The translations under genes were made by a program, and so were the position numbers. Shown piece by piece: positions 53,487 through 59,524 of a stretch of DNA of 59,524 nt (position 1 is its first letter; the number at the start of each line of letters is the position of its first letter). The stretch lies in contig JBEDNE010000075.1 of assembly GCA_041170745.1 (NCBI GenBank), forward strand, positions 1 to 59,524, given 5' to 3'. Origin of the DNA: Pseudomonadota bacterium. GTDB taxonomy: Bacteria > Pseudomonadota > Alphaproteobacteria > Sphingomonadales > Sphingomonadaceae. The notes under the pieces are model-generated. The model had not been told where the DNA came from. It searched no databases and was given only the letters and a program-made list of their open reading frames with translations.

Positions 53487-55901
53487 ATGCAAAATTCAGC
53501 ACGGGTTGTAATCATCGGCGGTGGGATCATGGGCGCATCCCTGCTCTACCACCTTGCTGAACTCGGCTGGACCGATTGCATGCTCATCGAAAAAGATGAG
53601 CTGACATCGGGATCAACCTGGCACGCAGCGGGCCAATGCCCCAGCATCACCGGCAGTTTCAATCTCGCCAAGATCCACGCGTACAGCAATGAGCTCTACC
53701 CGCAGCTTGAAGGGCTGACCGGCCAATATGTCAGCTGGCACAAATCGGGCGGCATCCGCTTTGCAACAAATGAGCGGGAACTGGCATGGCTGCGCTATAT
53801 CCACGGATTCTCAAAGATTGTCGGCTTCGACATGGAGATTATCCCGCCCGAGGAAATCCGGCGGATTAACCCTTTTGTCACAACAGAAGGGGTTATTGCG
53901 GGTGGACGCACAACGGGCGACGGCCATGCTGACCCTTCGGGCATCTGCAATGCGCTGGCCATTGGGGCCAAGCAAATGGGCGCCACCATTGTTCGTAAAA
54001 ACCGCGTCACAGGCCTCACTCAATTGCCCTCAGGCGAATGGGATGTTGCCACCGAAAAGGGCGTTATCCGGGCCGAAATCGTCGTCAACGCTGCGGGCTG
54101 CTATGCCCGGCAAGTCGCTCAGATGGCTGGGATTGATATTCCTGTCACCAATATGGAGCACCATTATATTGTCACCGATCCTATTCCCGCCTTTTTAGAG
54201 CGGGATGAAGAAATCCCGGTGATGCGTTGCCCCTATGTTTCCGGCTATTTCCGGCAAGAACAGAAGAGCGGCCTGATTGGCGTCTATGAAAATACAGGGC
54301 TTGCAGAAGCATGGGCGCCCAAAGGGATGCCCGAGTGGGAATCCACTAGTGAATTGTTCATCGACGATCTGGATCGCATTTCCAAATGGCTGGAACGCGC
54401 CATTGAGCGCATGCCTGTCTTTGGCGAAGTAGGTATTCGGCGTATTGTTAATGGCGCCATCCCCCATACGCCAGATGGCGGCCCCCTGCTCGGCCCGGCC
54501 GCCGGCCTCAAGAATTTCTGGCACTGCTGTGGGACCTCCTTTGGCATCGCGCAGGGCGGTGGATCCGGCAAATATCTGGCGCAATGGATGGTCTATGGCG
54601 ATGCCGACATCAACATGGCTGAGTTCGACCCGCGCCGCTATGGCCCCTATGCCGATGAGGTCTATAGCCGGGAGAAGGTTTTCCTCGATTACCGCATGAC
54701 CTTTACCACGCGCCTGCCGGGTGAAGAAGAACCTGATGGCCGTCCGCAAAAGATGAGCCCGCTTTATGCCCGGCTGAAAGACGCCGGAGCGGTGTATGGT
54801 GAGACCTATGGCTGGGAACGGCCAAAATGGTTCTCGCTCGATGGTCGATCCGAAGAAGGCGGCTATCACCGCACCAATGTGTTCGAGGTTGTGGCCGATG
54901 AAGTGAAGGCCGTGGCCGAGAATGTTGGCATTATCGATCTGTCCGGGTTCGCCAAATATGACGTGACGGGGCCAGATGCGGAACGGTTCCTCAACCGCAT
55001 CTGCGCCAACCGGATGCCAACCAAACAGGGGGGCGTTGCGCTAGTGCATCCCCTGTCCGCGCAGGGCCGCATTCAGGGCGAAATGACTGTGACGCGGATG
55101 GCAGATGATCATTTTTACTGCCTGTCAGCCGCCGCTGCTGAGCAGCGGGATTGGGACTGGATGGTCCAATCCCAACGCCCCGATGAAAACGTCACCTTCA
55201 GCAACCGCACAATGGATTTGGGTGTCTTGGTTCTCAGTGGCCCAAAATCGCGAGATCTGTTGGCGCGCCTGACGGACGCTGATCTCAGCAATGAGGGCTT
55301 TCGGTGGCTTAGCGGCCAAGAAATCACTGTTGCGGGCGCGTTTCTAAGGGCGCTGCGCGTCTCTTATGTCGGCGAATTGGGCTGGGAACTTCATGCACGG
55401 ATGGAGGATCTGCCGGCCCTTTACGATGCACTTTGGGCGGCAGGCCAAGACCTTGGGCTGACAAATATTGGCCTCTACGCACTCAACGCGATGCGCATGG
55501 AGAAGGGCTATAAAGCCTGGGGGTCTGAGCTGACCAATGAGCTCACGATGATCGAAGCCGATATGAAACGCTTTATAGCGATGAAAAAGGACGATTTTGT
55601 CGGCAAGCAGGCCACGCTGGATGCGCCGGAACGCTTCCGTATTGTCTATGGCGAAGTCGATGCTGACACTGTCGACCCTCGCGGCGCAGAGCCTTGCTTG
55701 GTGGGCGATGCGTGTATCGGCCTGACAACCTCGGGCGGCTATGGCTATCGCACGGGTAAAAGCCTGTTTTTTGCGTGCGTGCCACTCGATCACGCAGAGC
55801 CCGGTACGCAATTTGACATCATGTTACAGGGCCAACGCAAACGCGCCACAGTGCTTGCAGCCCCTGTTTATGACCCCGACAATGCGAAGATGAAGGTCTG
55901 A
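53487..55901 (+). CDS. GcvT-domain FAD oxidoreductase, dimethylglycine dehydrogenase-like
   Basis: GGGIMG, GSTWHAAG, GWERP, SYVGELGWE, RMEKGY; DAO plus GcvT architecture. Confidence 0.9.
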   Translation: MQNSARVVIIGGGIMGASLLYHLAELGWTDCMLIEKDELTSGSTWHAAGQCPSITGSFNLAKIHAYSNELYPQLEGLTGQYVSWHKSGGIRFATNERELAWLRYIHGFSKIVGFDMEIIPPEEIRRINPFVTTEGVIAGGRTTGDGHADPSGICNALAIGAKQMGATIVRKNRVTGLTQLPSGEWDVATEKGVIRAEIVVNAAGCYARQVAQMAGIDIPVTNMEHHYIVTDPIPAFLERDEEIPVMRCPYVSGYFRQEQKSGLIGVYENTGLAEAWAPKGMPEWESTSELFIDDLDRISKWLERAIERMPVFGEVGIRRIVNGAIPHTPDGGPLLGPAAGLKNFWHCCGTSFGIAQGGGSGKYLAQWMVYGDADINMAEFDPRRYGPYADEVYSREKVFLDYRMTFTTRLPGEEEPDGRPQKMSPLYARLKDAGAVYGETYGWERPKWFSLDGRSEEGGYHRTNVFEVVADEVKAVAENVGIIDLSGFAKYDVTGPDAERFLNRICANRMPTKQGGVALVHPLSAQGRIQGEMTVTRMADDHFYCLSAAAAEQRDWDWMVQSQRPDENVTFSNRTMDLGVLVLSGPKSRDLLARLTDADLSNEGFRWLSGQEITVAGAFLRALRVSYVGELGWELHARMEDLPALYDALWAAGQDLGLTNIGLYALNAMRMEKGYKAWGSELTNELTMIEADMKRFIAMKKDDFVGKQATLDAPERFRIVYGEVDADTVDPRGAEPCLVGDACIGLTTSGGYGYRTGKSLFFACVPLDHAEPGTQFDIMLQGQRKRATVLAAPVYDPDNAKMKV

Positions 55902-55905
55902 TCTG

Positions 55906-58350
55906 ATGAGTGAACTTCCCAAAAAGGCGCGGGTCGTCATCATCGGTGGTGGGGTGATTGGGTGTTCCATTGCCTATCACCTGACCAAAATCGGGTGGGA
56001 TGATGTGGTCCTGCTGGAACGCAAACAGCTCACCAGCGGCACAACTTGGCACGCTGCCGGGCTGGTTGGCCAGCTCCGCACATCAATCAATATGACCAAG
56101 CTCGCCAAATATACGGGCGAACTTTATCGCGGGCTGGAAGCGGAAACGGGCCAAGCCACGGGCTATCGGCAGTGCGGATCCATCTCGATGGCGACCAATG
56201 CGGAACGGTTTGAGGAGTTAAAGCGCAGCGCCTCTATGGCGAAAGTCTTTGATTTGCCTGTTCATGTTGTCACCGCTGATGAGATTAAATCGCTCGCGCC
56301 AATTGTGAATGTGGAGGATGTCGTTGGCGGCATCCATATTCCAAGCGATGGCTATGCCAATGCCGTAGATATTACCCAAGCACTGGCCAAGGGCGCGCGC
56401 ACCGGGGGCGCACAGATTTTTGAAAACACAAAGGTCACACGCATCCGCCATAATGGGGATCGCATCACAGGCGTCGATACCGAATATGGCCCCATTGATG
56501 CCGATTATGTCGTCATCTGCGGCGGCATGTGGACGCGAGATCTGGCCGCCAGCGTGGGCGTCGCCGCCCCGCTCCATGCGTGCGAGCATTATTATGTGCT
56601 GTTTGAAGGTGTGGAGGGGATTGATCCTACTCTGCCCGTGCTGCGTGATTATGATTATTGCGGCTATTACAAATATGATGCGGGCAAGCTGCTGGTAGGT
56701 GCGTTTGAGCCCAATGCCCGGCCTTGGGGCATGGAGGGCATTTCCGAAGATTTCTGCTTTGATGAAATCGCGGGCAGCTTTGAGCATTTTGAACCGCTCT
56801 TGATGGACGCCATGCGGCGCGTGCCTGCGCTTGAAAATGCAGGGATTCAAAAATTCTTCTGCGGACCAGAGAGCTTCACGCCCGATGTCCGCTATCATTT
56901 GGGGGAAAGCCCCGAGCTAAAGGGCTGCTTTGTCGCTGCTGGCCTGAATTCCATTGGCCTGCAATCCGCAGGCGGTGTCGGCAAGGTGATGGCCGATTGG
57001 ATCCGCGATGGTATGCCTCCTGCTGACCTTTGGACAGTCGACATTCGGCGCAATATGCCGTTCCAAATCAACCGCAAATATCTGCGTGAACGGGTGACCG
57101 AGAGCCTCGGCCTGCTTTACGCAACCCATTACCCGTTCAAACAATATGAAACGGCGCGCGGCGTGCGTCGATCCGCCATTCATGACCGTCTGGTGGCTGC
57201 AGGGGCCTGCCATGGCGAAGCCTTTGGCTGGGAACGGCCAAATTGGTACGCAACGCCGGGCACAACGCCCAAATATGAATATAGCTATGGCCGTCAAAAT
57301 TGGTTTGAAGCGAATGCGGCCGAATGCAAAGCGGTTCGCGAAGCTGTTGGCCTATTCGATCAAAGCTCTTTCGCCAAATTCCGGCTGGAAGGGCGTGATG
57401 CCTGCACGGTGCTGAACCGCATTTGCGCCAATGACGTCGACGTGCCCGTTGGCAAGCTCGTCTATACCCAATGGTTGAACGACAAAGGGGGCATTGAGGC
57501 CGATTTAACGGTCACGCGCCTGTCTGAGACAGCCTATTTGATCGTCACGGGCGCCGAGACTGAAATCCGAGACTTTAACTGGCTGAAGCGCCATATTCCT
57601 GAGGATGCGCACGCGATTGCGACGAACATCTCGTCCGCTATGGGCGTGATTTCCATCATGGGGCCCAAGGCGCGTGACTTGCTGCAGTCCATTTGCCCCA
57701 ATGATCTGTCAAACGAGGCATTCCCCTTTGGCACCAGCCAGGAAATTGAATTGGGCTATGCCATCGTGCGCGCGTCGCGCATCACCTATGTTGGGGAACT
57801 TGGGTGGGAATTGTACATTCCCACTGAGTTCATGACGGGCGTGTATGACGAAATCGTGGCAGCCGGAGCGGCCTTTGGCCTGAAACATTGTGGCTATCAT
57901 GCCCTAAATGCCCTGCGCATGGAAAAAGCCTATCGCCATTGGGGCCATGACATCACGGATGAAGATACGCCGCTCGAAGCAGGGCTTGGCTTTGCTGTGC
58001 GGATGGATAAGCCCGGCGGGTTTATTGGCCGAGACGCTTTGCTCAAACAAAAAGAAGAAGGGCTCAAGCAGCGCCTTGTGCAATTCCTTCTAAAATCGCC
58101 TGAACCAATGCTCTACCATAATGAGCCGATTTGGAAGGGCGATCAAATTGTCGGCTATATTCGCTCTGGCATGTATGCCCATGGCCTCGGCGCTGCCTGT
58201 GGCTTGGGCTATGTGACGGACCCTGCCGGCGGCGTCGTCGGGCCAATTGGCGCTGATGATTTTGAAATTGAAATTGCCGGCGTGCGCTATCCAGCCACCG
58301 CTTCGCTAAAGCCGCTCTACGACCCCTCTAATGCACGGATCAAAATCTAA
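55906..58350 (+). CDS. GcvT-domain FAD oxidoreductase, sarcosine dehydrogenase-like
   Basis: GGGVIG, GTTWHAAG, GPESFTPD, TYVGELGWE, RMEKAYRHWG. Confidence 0.9.
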   Translation: MSELPKKARVVIIGGGVIGCSIAYHLTKIGWDDVVLLERKQLTSGTTWHAAGLVGQLRTSINMTKLAKYTGELYRGLEAETGQATGYRQCGSISMATNAERFEELKRSASMAKVFDLPVHVVTADEIKSLAPIVNVEDVVGGIHIPSDGYANAVDITQALAKGARTGGAQIFENTKVTRIRHNGDRITGVDTEYGPIDADYVVICGGMWTRDLAASVGVAAPLHACEHYYVLFEGVEGIDPTLPVLRDYDYCGYYKYDAGKLLVGAFEPNARPWGMEGISEDFCFDEIAGSFEHFEPLLMDAMRRVPALENAGIQKFFCGPESFTPDVRYHLGESPELKGCFVAAGLNSIGLQSAGGVGKVMADWIRDGMPPADLWTVDIRRNMPFQINRKYLRERVTESLGLLYATHYPFKQYETARGVRRSAIHDRLVAAGACHGEAFGWERPNWYATPGTTPKYEYSYGRQNWFEANAAECKAVREAVGLFDQSSFAKFRLEGRDACTVLNRICANDVDVPVGKLVYTQWLNDKGGIEADLTVTRLSETAYLIVTGAETEIRDFNWLKRHIPEDAHAIATNISSAMGVISIMGPKARDLLQSICPNDLSNEAFPFGTSQEIELGYAIVRASRITYVGELGWELYIPTEFMTGVYDEIVAAGAAFGLKHCGYHALNALRMEKAYRHWGHDITDEDTPLEAGLGFAVRMDKPGGFIGRDALLKQKEEGLKQRLVQFLLKSPEPMLYHNEPIWKGDQIVGYIRSGMYAHGLGAACGLGYVTDPAGGVVGPIGADDFEIEIAGVRYPATASLKPLYDPSNARIKI

Positions 58351-59524
58351 TGACCGACGCCCAGACAGAAATCATGCGCCGCCTGATTGCCAATGTAAAA
58401 ATTGGCTACAGCTTTGATCAGGAATTTTACGTCAGCGATGCGGTGTTCAAAGCAGATATGGAGCATGTCATCAGCCGTAAATGGCTGGTGGCCGGACACG
58501 TCTCGCGCATTCCCAATAAGGGGGATTATTTCCTCTTCAAAGTTGGCGCTGAACAGATCATCGTCATCCGCGAAAATGAAGATAGTGTCCGTGCTTATTT
58601 TAACGTCTGTCGGCATCGTGGGTCGACGCTCTGCTCGGCAGAAAGCGGCAATGCACCTCGGCTGGTCTGTCCCTATCACGCATGGACCTTTGGGCTGGAC
58701 GGGTCGCTGATTTCAGCACGGCTTATGCCTGAAGACTTTAACAAGGCTGAAAACAGCCTGTTCGCCTGCCATGTGCGCGTTTTCCACGGGCTCATCTTTG
58801 TGAATATGAGCGAGGATGAACCGGATGACTTTGACGCAACCTTTGGGGATATGGGCCCAATCCTTGCCTATCAGGGACTGGACAATGCCCGCATCGCCTA
58901 TGCTGGCAGCTACCCGACAACTGCCAATTGGAAGCTGGTCGTTGAGAATTTCTTTGAATGTTATCACTGCGTTCCCTCGCACCCTGAGTTTTGCTCAATG
59001 CACGCCCCAGAGACGCTGGTGGCAGTGGGCGCAGGCCCCAGGTCTGGCCCTGCGCAAGCAATTGCCGATTTCACGCCTAAGTTGAAAGCTTGGGAGGAGC
59101 GTGCAGCCGCTTTGGGTCGCCCCATTGGATCCATTGATGAGTCACCCGACAGCAGCCATTTGCGCCTCTTGATGCAGCGGATGAACAAAGAGGGCCGCGC
59201 GTCGGAAACGCAAGATGGCACCGCCCCAGCCCCGCTTATGGGGAAACGGACGGCGCCAGATGGCGGCCGAATGCATCTCAGCTTCAGCCCCTTCAGCCAG
59301 ATTGTCGCAGACGACCATTTTGCCATTCTGTTCCAGTTCACGCCGCGCGGCGCGCTGGAAACCGATGTGGAAATGATCTGGCTGGTCAATGGCGAAGCCA
59401 CTGAAGATCAAGTCGACATTGAGAAAATGATTTGGGGCTATCACGCCACCACAACGCAAGACAAAATCATCACTGAAAACAACCAGACAGGGATCAAGTC
59501 GAGCCGATATCGCCCCGGCCGCTA
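58350..59524 (+). CDS. Rieske oxygenase alpha subunit, GbcA/Stc2 (betaine demethylase)-like; 3' end beyond window
   Basis: Manual translation from ATG overlapping the TAA at 58350: NVCRHRG...CPYHAW, NWKLVVENFFECYHC..SHPE, QDK...ENNQ.G..S..Y.PG. Confidence 0.9.
   Translation, partial: MTDAQTEIMRRLIANVKIGYSFDQEFYVSDAVFKADMEHVISRKWLVAGHVSRIPNKGDYFLFKVGAEQIIVIRENEDSVRAYFNVCRHRGSTLCSAESGNAPRLVCPYHAWTFGLDGSLISARLMPEDFNKAENSLFACHVRVFHGLIFVNMSEDEPDDFDATFGDMGPILAYQGLDNARIAYAGSYPTTANWKLVVENFFECYHCVPSHPEFCSMHAPETLVAVGAGPRSGPAQAIADFTPKLKAWEERAAALGRPIGSIDESPDSSHLRLLMQRMNKEGRASETQDGTAPAPLMGKRTAPDGGRMHLSFSPFSQIVADDHFAILFQFTPRGALETDVEMIWLVNGEATEDQVDIEKMIWGYHATTTQDKIITENNQTGIKSSRYRPGR

Overview
Alphaproteobacterial chromosome segment; the gene order (sdhB-PaaI-zapE...mdh-sucD; dprA-plsY/murI-hemA; mutL/mreBCD-mrdA-rodA) suggests Sphingomonadales. 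Positions 1-21.4 kb are mostly core genes plus an SbtA/SbtB-like pair and end at tRNA-Lys(CTT). From about 24.7 kb onward the window is a large, functionally coherent accessory region. It holds a Moco-biosynthesis plus NAD-linked formate dehydrogenase operon, glutathione-dependent formaldehyde dehydrogenase, purU coupled to a ProXp-ala-like tRNA deacylase, and a TonB receptor / TPR-sulfotransferase / spinster-MFS block. It also holds an ALDH-enolase-GMC module, a GcvA-type LysR regulator, further dehydrogenases, two tandem DMGDH/SarDH-like GcvT flavoproteins and a GbcA/Stc2-like Rieske oxygenase that runs off the right edge. Three of its promoter regions share an exactly spaced bipartite motif (AT-rich...ACC-N18-ATTTGT), and the LysR gene carries the first half. 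The best candidate for an undescribed system is a co-regulated uptake, demethylation and backbone-oxidation pathway for an unidentified N-methylated (betaine-type) compound, with built-in C1 disposal. All calls come from motif reading and family recognition; no database searches were run.
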